Shown piece after piece: positions 29,957-39,721 of a stretch of 50,356 nucleotides of DNA. Both the position numbers and the translations under genes were made by a program. The notes beneath the pieces are model-generated. The model did not search any database and was not told where the DNA came from. It saw nothing but the letters and a program-made list of their open reading frames with translations. The stretch spans positions 1 through 50,356 of the forward strand of contig JAXDKI010000512.1 of NCBI GenBank assembly GCA_034667245.1, in the 5' to 3' direction. The first letter of the stretch is position 1. Each line of letters opens with the position of its first letter. This DNA is from Thermomicrobiales bacterium. GTDB lineage: Bacteria; Chloroflexota; Chloroflexia; Thermomicrobiales; UBA6265.

Positions 29957-30510
29957 TATTCGTCCTCGTCGTCATCGTGGGCCGCGATGCCGAGTTCCCC
30001 GGGTAAGTGTCCGTTTTGCTGCGGGCATGCATGCGGTCCCGGCTCCATCGGCTGGCCGCAGAGCACACAGCGCGGCCGTCCGGCCGCGACGACGGTGGCG
30101 GCATCACCGCTCAACTCGCGGGCCTGGGACCGGGTCAACCGACAGACGAATCCAGGGTCCTCGTCGGTATCCACTTCCATGTCATGGGCAATCACCACGA
30201 GCCGGTCACGTTCCTCGTCGAATCCCAGCTCTATCCGGCCGACGCGAAACTGGCGCCTGGTGGTGAGATCGAACTCGATGGGATCGCTGGCGGGCTGGAG
30301 TTCGGGGGAGCGTTCCGGAAGCTGGTCGAGCACCTGCTCCAGGGCGCGACCAAGGGCATCCAATTGCTGTTTTTCCATCCAGACGATGTAGGTCTCCCCA
30401 TCGACGACGGCCATGAGGCGGAATCGGCGTTGCCCAGGTTCGCCGATGGCCTCCACCCGGGCTCGCTGAACTTCCCCAGACTCCCGATTCCCCGACGGCA
30501 CTTCGGACAT
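29956..30510 (-). CDS. DUF3090-family protein
   Basis: The N-terminal 'IGEPGQRRFRL' block and the C-terminal 'GRPRCVLCGQPMEPGPHACPQQNGH' Cys/His motif are as I recall for DUF3090/TIGR03847. It has an acidic tail. ATG 30510 was chosen; GTG 30540 is an alternative. Confidence 0.7.
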   Translation of the reverse strand: MSEVPSGNRESGEVQRARVEAIGEPGQRRFRLMAVVDGETYIVWMEKQQLDALGRALEQVLDQLPERSPELQPASDPIEFDLTTRRQFRVGRIELGFDEERDRLVVIAHDMEVDTDEDPGFVCRLTRSQARELSGDAATVVAAGRPRCVLCGQPMEPGPHACPQQNGHLPGELGIAAHDDDEDE

Positions 30511-30703
30511 CCCTCTCCGTCCCGGCTCGCTATGGCTCACGACTTCCGATCGATTCCCGATCGTGCGTCGTCTTCAATCTGGACCGTGTGCGACGAGAGC
30601 GCCCGTTGAAGCGGACGCCCTCTGTTCGCGAGCGCGGTCGCTAGACTGCTAAGAGTACGCGATGAGCAGGTACGCGGTCTCCGCTCATGGAACGAAGGTG
30701 GCG

Positions 30704-32245
30704 CTATTCGTCCGCCCGATCCTTGCCGTCCGCGTTGGGAGCCGCCGCAGCCGCGGCCGCAGCGATCTGCGCCTTGCCGTTGACGCCATTCGCGCCGCCG
30801 ACGCCATCGCTGACCCCGCGCATCGGGGGTACTTGCCGCATCATTTCGCCGACGTCGACGCCCGTCAAGGACTCGAAGAGGGCCGGCACTTGAGCGAGCA
30901 TCGTCGTCATGTCCGAGGTGACCCGATTGATGCCGGCACCGTGCCCGTTGCTGTCACCGGTCGAAACGACGGTGATCTTGTCGACCTTTGAGAGCGGCTC
31001 AGCCATGGCGCGGACTACTTCGGGCAGGCCGGTCAGCAGCTTGTCGAGAATCGCGGCCTGGTTGTAGGCCTGGTAGGCGCCGGCCTTGACGGTCATGGAG
31101 TTGGCTTCGGCTTGGCCCTTAGCGAGGATGATCTCCGCCTCGGCAAGACCGCGCACCTTGGTGACTTCGGCCTGGGCCTGGCCTTCTAGGCGGGCGGCTT
31201 CGGCCTGACCGGTTGCCTGAAGCACCTGTCGCTGTCGCTCGGCCTCGGCCAGGGTCTCGATCCGCTTGCGCTCGATCTCCGCTCCGCGCAGGACCGTCGC
31301 GATCAGCTCCTTCTCGCGACGCAGGATCTCGGCCTCCTGGACGGCCACCTCACCCTGCTTCTTGACCTGCTCGATCTTGACCTCTTCCTCGATCACGCGC
31401 TGCTGCTCGATGTTGGTCTGGATCTCGTAGGCCTTGTCGGCCTGGGCCTGCTGGATCTTGACCGTCGACTGATACTCGGCCTTCTTGATCTCGAGGTCCC
31501 GGAACGCCTCCGCCTGCTTCGTCTGACTCGCCGTCTCGGCGATCACCTTTTCCTGATCGGCCTGCGCCTGGGCGATGCGCGAATCGCGGTCCGCTTGGGC
31601 GCGCCGAATCGCGATGTCGCGATCCGCTTCGGCCGAGGCGATCTCGGCTTGACGCTTGATGGCCGCGATGTCCGGCTTACCCATGTTCAGGATGTATTCG
31701 TTGTCGTCGCGGACCTCCTTGATCGTGAAGGAGACGACCTCGAGACCCATCTTGCTCATGTCGTCCGCAACCTGAGAGCGGACCTTCTCGGCAACCATCT
31801 CGGGCTCTTTGACGATTTCCTCGACCCGGAGCTGGCCGATGATGCCGCGTAGGTGTCCCTCGACCACGAGGCGAATCAGTCCTTCCCGCTCCAGCGGCGG
31901 CTTGTTGAGGAACTGCTCGGCCGCCGTCAAGATACTGATTTGGTCCGACTTCACCTTGATCTGTGCGACCGCCTCGACGTTCACCGCGACACCCTGAACG
32001 GAGTAGAAGTCGTTTTGGGGTGTGACGTCGAAGCTCATCAATTCAAGCGAGAGTTCGCGCGCTTGCTGGACCATGGGCCAGATGATGCGGCCGCCGCCGA
32101 CGACCACTTTGGTGCCGCCGAAACCGAAGACGATCAACGCCTGGTTCGGTCCGACTTTGCGGAACATCGAGGCGACCAGCGCCAGGATGAGCATAACGAC
32201 GATGGCCAACCCGACGACGATGACGACAACTCCTGCAGCACTCAT
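30704..32245 (-). CDS. Flotillin-like SPFH/band-7 protein
   Basis: 513 aa with an N-terminal TM hairpin, an SPFH domain, long Glu/Ala/Gln-rich coiled-coil repeats and an Ala9 tract near the C-terminus. Confidence 0.88.
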   Translation of the reverse strand: MSAAGVVVIVVGLAIVVMLILALVASMFRKVGPNQALIVFGFGGTKVVVGGGRIIWPMVQQARELSLELMSFDVTPQNDFYSVQGVAVNVEAVAQIKVKSDQISILTAAEQFLNKPPLEREGLIRLVVEGHLRGIIGQLRVEEIVKEPEMVAEKVRSQVADDMSKMGLEVVSFTIKEVRDDNEYILNMGKPDIAAIKRQAEIASAEADRDIAIRRAQADRDSRIAQAQADQEKVIAETASQTKQAEAFRDLEIKKAEYQSTVKIQQAQADKAYEIQTNIEQQRVIEEEVKIEQVKKQGEVAVQEAEILRREKELIATVLRGAEIERKRIETLAEAERQRQVLQATGQAEAARLEGQAQAEVTKVRGLAEAEIILAKGQAEANSMTVKAGAYQAYNQAAILDKLLTGLPEVVRAMAEPLSKVDKITVVSTGDSNGHGAGINRVTSDMTTMLAQVPALFESLTGVDVGEMMRQVPPMRGVSDGVGGANGVNGKAQIAAAAAAAAPNADGKDRADE

Positions 32246-32335
32246 GGGATTCCTGTTCTCCCCCAGTTGACACGACCATCCAAGGCGAGCCGCGTCGGTA
32301 CGAATGTGACTCCGGCTCTGGCAGTCGTGGCTCGG

Positions 32336-33052
32336 CTACCGTGCGTGAATTGACGACTGCGAAGACAACGCCGGCTCCGATTGCGGCGGCGGCAGTTCCG
32401 TTGCTTCCGACTCGTTATCCGTTCCGAGCTCGTCGAATCCGTCGCCGACGAAGGTTGCCCAGGGCTCGACTTGGGCGATGCCAGATGAGTGACGCAAGAT
32501 GACGACTTGCGTCCCGCGCGGGATGGCTTCCCCGCCCGGCGCCCGGGCCGCGGACACCTGGCGGACGCCTCGCTGCTCGTAGACGATCTCGCCGGTACCG
32601 CCGGCGCGGATCGACGATGTGACGCGGGCGACCGTTCCCGGCATGTAGGCGTCGGACGCCCGCAGCAGGCCGGCCTGCTGCGCGTGCATCTTGCGGAGCA
32701 GCCAGTAGATGACGTACGCGCCCGCCACGCCGGCGATGACGCCGAGGACGAGGCTGACGACCGCATAGACTTCCAAGCCGTTGCGGGCGAGATAGGCGAC
32801 GCCACCGAACCAGGTCAGGAACCCGAGAACCGTTCCGACGCTGATCGGCGAGAGCACATCGTCGGAGCCATGCCCGTGCTGGCCATCGTGCCCGTGATGC
32901 CCGATGTGGCCCATGTGGCCTTGGTGGCCTACGGCGTCATGATCGATCCCGATGTCGGCAATACCGAGAAAAAGCGACAATCCCGAGAAGATCAGACCGA
33001 AGAAGAAGCAGCCGAGAAGAATCGCGTCCAATACGTCGTTGACGACAAACAT
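32336..33052 (-). CDS. NfeD-like membrane protein (flotillin partner)
   Basis: TM segments, a His-rich loop and a C-terminal OB-like 'GTVARVTSSIRAGGTGEIVYEQRGVRQVSAAR...GTQVVI'. ATG 33052 has GGAGG 6 nt upstream. The gene lies immediately upstream of the flotillin gene. Confidence 0.8.
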   Translation of the reverse strand: MFVVNDVLDAILLGCFFFGLIFSGLSLFLGIADIGIDHDAVGHQGHMGHIGHHGHDGQHGHGSDDVLSPISVGTVLGFLTWFGGVAYLARNGLEVYAVVSLVLGVIAGVAGAYVIYWLLRKMHAQQAGLLRASDAYMPGTVARVTSSIRAGGTGEIVYEQRGVRQVSAARAPGGEAIPRGTQVVILRHSSGIAQVEPWATFVGDGFDELGTDNESEATELPPPQSEPALSSQSSIHAR

Positions 33053-33390
33053 CGCCAACCTCCGATCACCCGTGGCGCCTTCGGACGGCCGCAGACTTCC
33101 TGGCCCCGCTGCCGAAGGTCTTCCGCGCGAAGTTCGCCGATGCGACCCTATTTTAGCAGAGACCGATCCTCCTTCCCCGTCGGACAGAGGTCCGGAGTCT
33201 TCCTATCGCATTAGGGTGATTACGTCGTCTCGACACGGCCGGATTCATCGCCAGCGAGCTGCGTGCCGGCGAGACAGGAAGAGATGTGAGCCGCTGAGAA
33301 CGGGCACGCCTTTTGCTGAGGCTGATTGGTCACTGGCTGCCGACGACTTTATACTCGACAGGCGAAACACGGGAAGGATCTTTGGACCGC

Positions 33391-34218
33391 ATGAACACCC
33401 CTGGCGACGAGACCAGCACACAGCTCATTCCCGCCGACGTCAACAACGACGGCGACGCGACGATTCTCGAAGGGCTTGGCAGCGAGCTGCGCCTTGGGCG
33501 GACCGAGGTGGCGCCGGAGACGGCCGCAGCCTCGACGCGAACCGAACCGAGCCTGATGCTCGATGTTGTCCGTGCCGACGCCGAGGTGCAGGCCTATATC
33601 CGCCAGGCGAATAAGAATCTCGGCGTGCTTGGCTTCACCGAGCACGGATTCCGACACGTCGGGTTGGTCGCCAACATCTCGCGCAACGTCTTGCGCCTGC
33701 TCGACTACGACCCACGCCAGCAAGAGCTGGCCGCGATCGCCGGGTACCTGCACGACATCGGGAACGTGATCAGCCGGCACGGCCACGCCTCGACCGGTGC
33801 GCTCCTGGCTTACCCGATTCTCAACCGGCTGGGGATGGCGCCGGAGGACGTGGCGATCGTGTTAGGGGCGATTGGATCGCATGGCGACGACAGCGGTCGC
33901 CTGGGTGAGCCGGTACATCCGGTCTCCGCGGCGTTGATCCTGGCCGACAAATCGGACGTGCATCGCTCGCGCGTGCGCAACACCGACCCGACCACGTTCG
34001 ATCAGCACGACCGGGTGAACTACGCGGCGACATCGTCGTTCTTGCGGGTGGCGCCGGAGGCGAAGACGATCACGCTGGAGCTGACGATCGACACGGAAAT
34101 GGCGCCGGTGATGCAGTACTTCGAGATCTTCATGCCCCGCATGCTGATGAGCCGGCACGCGGCCGAGCTCCTGGGATGCGCCTTCCACATCACGATCAAC
34201 GAGGTGGTCGTTCTTTGA
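33391..34218 (+). CDS. HD-domain phosphohydrolase
   Basis: 275 aa from ATG 33391 (GGAAGGA upstream). Motifs 'HGFRHV...', 'YLHDIGN' (the HD dyad) and 'GSHGDD'. Confidence 0.75.
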   Translation: MNTPGDETSTQLIPADVNNDGDATILEGLGSELRLGRTEVAPETAAASTRTEPSLMLDVVRADAEVQAYIRQANKNLGVLGFTEHGFRHVGLVANISRNVLRLLDYDPRQQELAAIAGYLHDIGNVISRHGHASTGALLAYPILNRLGMAPEDVAIVLGAIGSHGDDSGRLGEPVHPVSAALILADKSDVHRSRVRNTDPTTFDQHDRVNYAATSSFLRVAPEAKTITLELTIDTEMAPVMQYFEIFMPRMLMSRHAAELLGCAFHITINEVVVL

Positions 34219-34339
34219 CTGAGTCGTCAGTTGTCAGAAGTGGATCTCGCCTATTAGTCGTGCTTGGAGCTGATCGCCCGCGCTGCCCAGGAGCAACCGG
34301 GAGGCCAAGACCGGTAACGACCGAGGGTCGGATCGGGTT

Positions 34340-35467
34340 ATGAGTAGTCGCTGGAAGGATTTTGACATGTACCTGCTCCTCACGACGGTGGTCGTGATGG
34401 GGTTCGGTGTCGTCTCGATCTGGAGCGCCCTCGGCGGCGGAACGTTGACACCCGGCAACAAGGCGGTTCAGCAGGCGCTGTACAGTGTCGTCGGTGTCGG
34501 GTTGATGTTTTTCATCGCCGGGATGGACTACCGGTTCTTCTCCTCATTGTCGTGGATCCTCTACTTCGGCGCTCTCGCACTCCTGGTTCTGGTGCTGATT
34601 CCGAGTCCCTTCACGTTGGAAGTGCTCGGAGCGCGGCGTTGGTTTGTGATCGGAGGACTTGAGAACGGGATCACGATCCAGCCTTCCGAATTCGGGAAAC
34701 TGGCGACGATCTTGGCCCTCGCCGGTTTCATCGCCTCGCGCGGCCGGGAAATGCGAGACCTCGGTAATTTCATCGTTTCGATGCTCATCGTGGGCGTGCC
34801 GGCGATCTTGGTGTTTCGGGAGCCGGACCTCGGGTCGGCGCTGGTCTATGGCGTGATCTGGCTGTCGATGATGCTGGTGACGCAGACACGGAAGATCTAC
34901 TTTGGCGCGCTCGCTTTGATGGCGTTGCCGGCATTTCTCTTTGCCTGGGAATTCGTGTTTCACGACTACCAACGAGAGCGATTGCTTATCTCCTACAACC
35001 CCGAACAAGACCCTATGGGCGCCGGCTACAACATCATCCAGGCGCGCCTGAGCATCGGCTCGGGCGGTATTTTTGGGTTTGGCCTGCACGGTGGCACGCA
35101 GAGCCAGCTCGAGCTGCTGAAGGTCCGGGAATCCGATTTCATCTTTGCCCACGCAAGCGGGATGGTCGGTTTTGTTGGCATGATGGCTCTTTTTTCCTGT
35201 TACATGATGGTTATCTGGCGTTGCCTGCGTGTTGCGGAGACCGCTAAGGACAGTTTCGGTCAGTGCGTGGCGATCGGCGTCACCGGCATCATGTTCTTTC
35301 AGGCATTCGTCAATATGGGGATGAATCTCGGCATCATGCCGGTTACCGGCATCACGCTGCCGTTTGTCAGCCAGGGTTCTTCGTCGTTGTGGACCTTCCT
35401 GATGGCCCAGGGGATTCTCCAGAGCATTCTGATGCGCCATCGGAAGTTAGCGTTCCAGCCGACCTGA
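34340..35467 (+). CDS. SEDS-family peptidoglycan polymerase (RodA/FtsW/SpoVE)
   Basis: 375 aa and about 10 TM segments. Family-typical motifs 'QPSEFGK', 'EPDLGSA' and 'TGITLPFVSQGGSS'-like 'TGITLPFVSQGSSS'. RodA and FtsW cannot be told apart from sequence alone. Confidence 0.88.
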   Translation: MSSRWKDFDMYLLLTTVVVMGFGVVSIWSALGGGTLTPGNKAVQQALYSVVGVGLMFFIAGMDYRFFSSLSWILYFGALALLVLVLIPSPFTLEVLGARRWFVIGGLENGITIQPSEFGKLATILALAGFIASRGREMRDLGNFIVSMLIVGVPAILVFREPDLGSALVYGVIWLSMMLVTQTRKIYFGALALMALPAFLFAWEFVFHDYQRERLLISYNPEQDPMGAGYNIIQARLSIGSGGIFGFGLHGGTQSQLELLKVRESDFIFAHASGMVGFVGMMALFSCYMMVIWRCLRVAETAKDSFGQCVAIGVTGIMFFQAFVNMGMNLGIMPVTGITLPFVSQGSSSLWTFLMAQGILQSILMRHRKLAFQPT

Positions 35468-36299
35468 CGTCCACCGGGTCGTGCCGGCCCACCTCTCGCG
35501 CCAATGCATACAATTCCGAGCGTGGCCGGCCGGTAATCGCGGCGGCCTCTCTGGCGGCCTCACTCGGTTTCATCCCCGCGGTCAAGAAGCGGCTGAGCAC
35601 GGCACGAGGATCCTCGGACTGATGGTCCTCGACCGGACCGCTTGCGACGACGATGACGACTTCACCGCGGAGTGAGCCGGCGGCCAACTCGGCGGCAAGC
35701 GATCGCAGTGTCCCGACTCGAATCTCCTCATGCAGCTTGGTCAGCTCGCGCAGGATCGCCGCGGGGCGCTCACCCAGCGCGACGTGCAACTCTGCCAGCG
35801 ACTCGGCGACCCGGCCCGGCGATTCGAAGAGGACGAGGGCAAACCCGGTGGCAGCGGCACGGCTCAGCAATCGGCGGCGCTCAGTCTGCGCGCGGGGGAG
35901 GAACCCGAGGAACGTGACCGGGCCTTCGACCAGTCCGGAGGCGGAGATCGCGGCCGCGAGGGACGACGGCCCAGGGATGGGGGAAACCTCGTAGCCGGCC
36001 GCGATGGCGGCCGAGACGATCGCCTGTCCCGGATCGGAGATACCGGGTGTGCCGGCGTCGCTGACGAGCGCGACGTCGCCGGTGGCGAGCGCTTCCAGGA
36101 GGCGGGCGCGGCGGGCGCGTTCGTTGAAGGCGTGGTAGCTAATGAGCGGTGTGTCTATGCCGAAGTGTGCGAGCAGTCGCCCGGTGTGTCGGGTGTCCTC
36201 CGCCGCGATGAGCGAGACGCTCCGTAGGATCCGTAGCGCGCGGGCAGAGATGTCCTCGAGGTTGCCGATCGGTGTGGCGACGATGTAAAGAGTGCCCAT
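35367..36299 (-). CDS. rsmI: 16S rRNA (cytidine1402-2'-O)-methyltransferase
   Basis: 310 aa with a tetrapyrrole-methylase fold, 'GTLYIVATPIGNLEDIS' and 'IAAEDTRHTGRLL'. The last roughly 33 codons overlap the convergent SEDS gene. Confidence 0.9.
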   Translation of the reverse strand: MGTLYIVATPIGNLEDISARALRILRSVSLIAAEDTRHTGRLLAHFGIDTPLISYHAFNERARRARLLEALATGDVALVSDAGTPGISDPGQAIVSAAIAAGYEVSPIPGPSSLAAAISASGLVEGPVTFLGFLPRAQTERRRLLSRAAATGFALVLFESPGRVAESLAELHVALGERPAAILRELTKLHEEIRVGTLRSLAAELAAGSLRGEVVIVVASGPVEDHQSEDPRAVLSRFLTAGMKPSEAAREAAAITGRPRSELYALAREVGRHDPVDVRSAGTLTSDGASECSGESPGPSGRSTTTKNPG

Positions 36300-36412
36300 G
36301 CGTGAAGCGCGATCCGCGTTGGTGAACAGATGATCGAACGGCTATACTTTAGTGTACGGACAGTTATCGAACCTTTTAGGATTTTTGAACCGGATTCGGA
36401 GGCTCCCCGCGC

Positions 36413-38332
36413 ATGACCATCCCATCGCTCTTTGGTGAGGAGCCTCCAGCTGCCCGATCCGAAGCGTCGTCGGCAAGTCTGCCGACCGGCACCGCAGGCG
36501 CCGCGGGCGGTGCCCAGACTCAATCATTGTATCGGAAGTACCGGCCGCAGACGTTCGATGCGGACGAGTTGGTCGGACAAGAGCACATCGTGCGGACGTT
36601 GCGTAACGCGATCGCGCTCGATCGGGTTGCGCACGCCTACCTCTTCTGCGGACCCCGGGGCACAGGCAAGACGACGACGGCGCGGCTTCTGGCCAAGGCG
36701 GTCAACTGCCTCGATCCAGACCCGGCGCGGCGACCCTGTAATAGTTGCGAAAGTTGTCGCGCGATTGCTTCCGGCGCGGCGACCGATGTGATCGAGATCG
36801 ACGCGGCGAGCAACCGAGGGATCGACGACATCCGGGAGTTGCGAGAGCGCGTGAAGTACGCGCCCACGCAGTTGCGGAGCAAGTTCTACATCATCGACGA
36901 GGCGCATCAGATCACCGGCGCAGCGGCGAACGCCTTCCTCAAGACCCTGGAGGAACCGCCGGGGCACACCAAGTTCGTCCTGGCGACGACCGATCCGGAA
37001 GAGTTGCTGGCGACGATCGTGTCGCGTTGCCAGCGGTTCGACTTTCGCCGGATCGGCGCCGAGGCGATGGTCGGACGGCTACGCTCGGTTGCAGAGGCCG
37101 AAGGACTGACCGTTGACGACGAGGCGTTGCGGGTGGTCGCACGGCATGCGGCCGGTAGTCTGCGGGATGCGCTCGGTCTGCTCGATCAGCTCGCGGTGTA
37201 CGGAGATCGGGCGACCGAGGGGGATTCGATCGACGCGGCCGCGGTGCGCGCCTTGCTGGGCGTCAGCCGGAACGATCGGGTGGAGACACTGGCGACCGCG
37301 TTGGCGGAGCGGGACGTGGCTACGGCGCTCGGCGCAGTCAACGCGGCGGTCGAGGCGGGCGAGGATCCGCGACAATTAAACCGGCAACTCGTTGCCTATC
37401 TACGGATTCTGCTGCACCAGCGCGCAGGCGGATCGCCGGACGCGGACGAGCGAGCGAAGGACCTAGCGACGCGGTTCGAGTTGGCAGAGATCGCGTGGCT
37501 GGCGCGGGTCTTCAGCGAGGTCGACTACAAGATCCGCCATTCGTCCTATGCCCATCTGCCTTTCGAAGTCGCTCTCGTGGAGGGCATTCTGCGACGGTCC
37601 GAGGCGAGCGCGGCACCACGGGTCGAGACGCAGACGTCGAACCTGGCTGGGGTGACGGCCCGGCCGGCCGAGAAGAACGGCCGGGACGATGATCTGCTGA
37701 ACAAACCGCCGACGACGGCGTTGCGGGACCGGGTTCGTGGCGTTCCCACTCGTCCGGCTAATCCAGCGCTGACCGAGGTACCGGCGGCGAGCTCATATGT
37801 CGCTGCTGTCCCGGCACAGCCACCTGCGGAGGAGGCGCCACGGAAGAAAGCTGCGGCACCGGCGACGGGTGGACCATCTGTCGAGCAGCTTATCGATCTT
37901 TGGCCGCGGATTCGACTCGACGTGAAGGCGGTCAACCGCCGGATTGAAGCGCTGCTGAGCTCCATCGATCCGGTGACGGTTCGCGGGGACGAGATCGTCC
38001 TGGCGGCGGCGTACGCCTTTCACCGCGACCGGATGAACTCGGACGAGGTGCGGCAGGTCGTCGACGAGGCCATCTCGCGGCTCTTGAAGCGTCCGGTCAA
38101 AACAACGTGCGTCCTGCGAGGCGAGGAATCGGGGAGCGGCGGTGGATCGACGCTGGCCGCGCCGCAGTCCCGGCGAGAGCCGGCGTCGGAACATCCTTCG
38201 CTGATGGCGATGCCGGTAGAGGAGCCGCCGCCGTCGATTGACGAAGAGGACGGTGTGCACGATCCATCAGTCGACGAGCGGCGAATCAGCGCGGCAAAGA
38301 ACATCTTCGACGCCGAGGAACTCACTTCGTAG
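36413..38332 (+). CDS. dnaX: DNA polymerase III subunit gamma/tau
   Basis: 639 aa with 'YRKYRPQTFDELVGQ'-like 'YRKYRPQTFDADELVGQ', Walker A 'GPRGTGKTT', zinc module 'CNSCESCRAI' and 'IIDEAH'. Confidence 0.92.
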   Translation: MTIPSLFGEEPPAARSEASSASLPTGTAGAAGGAQTQSLYRKYRPQTFDADELVGQEHIVRTLRNAIALDRVAHAYLFCGPRGTGKTTTARLLAKAVNCLDPDPARRPCNSCESCRAIASGAATDVIEIDAASNRGIDDIRELRERVKYAPTQLRSKFYIIDEAHQITGAAANAFLKTLEEPPGHTKFVLATTDPEELLATIVSRCQRFDFRRIGAEAMVGRLRSVAEAEGLTVDDEALRVVARHAAGSLRDALGLLDQLAVYGDRATEGDSIDAAAVRALLGVSRNDRVETLATALAERDVATALGAVNAAVEAGEDPRQLNRQLVAYLRILLHQRAGGSPDADERAKDLATRFELAEIAWLARVFSEVDYKIRHSSYAHLPFEVALVEGILRRSEASAAPRVETQTSNLAGVTARPAEKNGRDDDLLNKPPTTALRDRVRGVPTRPANPALTEVPAASSYVAAVPAQPPAEEAPRKKAAAPATGGPSVEQLIDLWPRIRLDVKAVNRRIEALLSSIDPVTVRGDEIVLAAAYAFHRDRMNSDEVRQVVDEAISRLLKRPVKTTCVLRGEESGSGGGSTLAAPQSRREPASEHPSLMAMPVEEPPPSIDEEDGVHDPSVDERRISAAKNIFDAEELTS

Positions 38333-38354
38333 CCACCCGGGTCCGCCGACCGTT

Positions 38355-39686
38355 TCAGTCCGCGGCCGGGCTTGCGGCGACCGGGGATGCGTCCTGCGAG
38401 GCCTCGGGCGTGGCCGGGGCGGCGGGGCCACGGTAGACGACGCCCGGGGATTCGCCTGCTTTGGCGCGATAGAGGATCAGTTCCGCGTCGCCGTTGCCTG
38501 TGGGGGCAGCGCTCCAGAGTAGGCCGTCGACCGTCCACCAGAGACCGGTGACTCGTTCGCCGGCACCGAGCGGGAGTCGCTCCGTTTCGTTGCTGCCGAT
38601 TGGTTGCAGCCAGAGGCTATCGGTTGGGTTGCCGCTCTCGTCCGGCATGGTGACGACGTAGGCGACGCCCGTGCCGTCGGGCGAGGGTGCGAAGTTCGTG
38701 ATGGCCGAGACTGGGCCGACGCGGGAAGCTCCGGCGACGAGTCTGGGAGTGCCGCCGGCGGCGGATATCCGGAAGAGATCGCCCCCGAAGGTCGGATCCC
38801 CCGCCGTTGAAGCGACGGTGTAGAGGAGGGCCTCGCCGTCCAGGGTCCAGGCGACGCGAGAGACGGTGCGTCGCCTGTCCGCAGCCGGCGGGATGACCGG
38901 AACGGGATCGAGGGGGACGGCGCCGGTTTGGGCAACGTAGAGGCCGCCGGCCGCGGTAGGTACGGCAGGATCGATGTAGGCGATCGCATCGCCACGGGGA
39001 GACCAGGCAACGTCTCCGGGCGCGGCGGCTCGGCTAGGTCCGATCAAGAGCTGCGGATCGCCGGAGCGCGGAATCGTGAGGATCCCCCCGGTGGCGAGGG
39101 AGGCCAGGACCTGAGTGCCGTCAGGTGACCAGGAAAGGCTGGAGGCGCCATCGGGTGCGCGGGAAGTGGCTGCCCCGCCGGTGATGCGTTCAAGGTTCTC
39201 GACGCGTCGCATCTGGGCGCCGTCCGGTGAGATGAGGACCAGATCGATGCGGTCTTCCCCGTCGCCGCCGGCGATCAGGAGCGCGACGGCGTCGCCGGTG
39301 GGCGAAGCGCCGAAGGCGACCAAGCGGTCATTGGAGCCCGACCAGATCGGGCGGGGTTGTGACCAGGGCGGGCTCATGGCGATCAGGTCATCGCCAACCT
39401 GCAGGACGATCTTGGAGACTCCTCCGGGTGTCGCCAGGAGTTGGGCGAGCGGGACGGGTGAGGCGGCGGGGAGGTTCGGCGTCGTCGTTGGCGGAGTTTC
39501 TCGTGGTGTGGTCGCGGTCAAGACAGCGTCCTCGGTTGAAGGCGGTTCGTTGGCGAATCGCGGCCCGGCTCCGTCATCGGCGCAAGCGGCGAGCACGACA
39601 CAGAGAAGCGCCGGCAAGAGCCACCTCGATAAGCGCGCCGGAAGCCTGTTCGATTGTTGTGCAAAACGTTGACGCTGTCTGGGCAC
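38355..39686 (-). CDS. Lipoprotein with TolB-like (PD40) beta-propeller repeats
   Basis: Signal peptide with lipobox 'VLAAC', then repeated 'SPDG..(V/I)A' blades ('WSPDGTQVLASL', 'WSPRGDAIAYI', 'PSPDGTGVAYVV'). GTG start without an obvious SD. Confidence 0.7.
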   Translation of the reverse strand: MPRQRQRFAQQSNRLPARLSRWLLPALLCVVLAACADDGAGPRFANEPPSTEDAVLTATTPRETPPTTTPNLPAASPVPLAQLLATPGGVSKIVLQVGDDLIAMSPPWSQPRPIWSGSNDRLVAFGASPTGDAVALLIAGGDGEDRIDLVLISPDGAQMRRVENLERITGGAATSRAPDGASSLSWSPDGTQVLASLATGGILTIPRSGDPQLLIGPSRAAAPGDVAWSPRGDAIAYIDPAVPTAAGGLYVAQTGAVPLDPVPVIPPAADRRRTVSRVAWTLDGEALLYTVASTAGDPTFGGDLFRISAAGGTPRLVAGASRVGPVSAITNFAPSPDGTGVAYVVTMPDESGNPTDSLWLQPIGSNETERLPLGAGERVTGLWWTVDGLLWSAAPTGNGDAELILYRAKAGESPGVVYRGPAAPATPEASQDASPVAASPAAD

Positions 39687-39697
39687 GGGCCTATAGT
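39669..39697 (+). promoter_or_regulatory. Sigma70-like promoter for the CarH-like regulator gene
   Basis: TTGACG (39669..39674), 17-nt spacer, TATAGT (39692..39697). It overlaps the 5' end of the divergent lipoprotein ORF. Confidence 0.5.
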
Positions 39698-39721
39698 GGG
39701 GGTTAGGGAGGTCAGCTCGCC

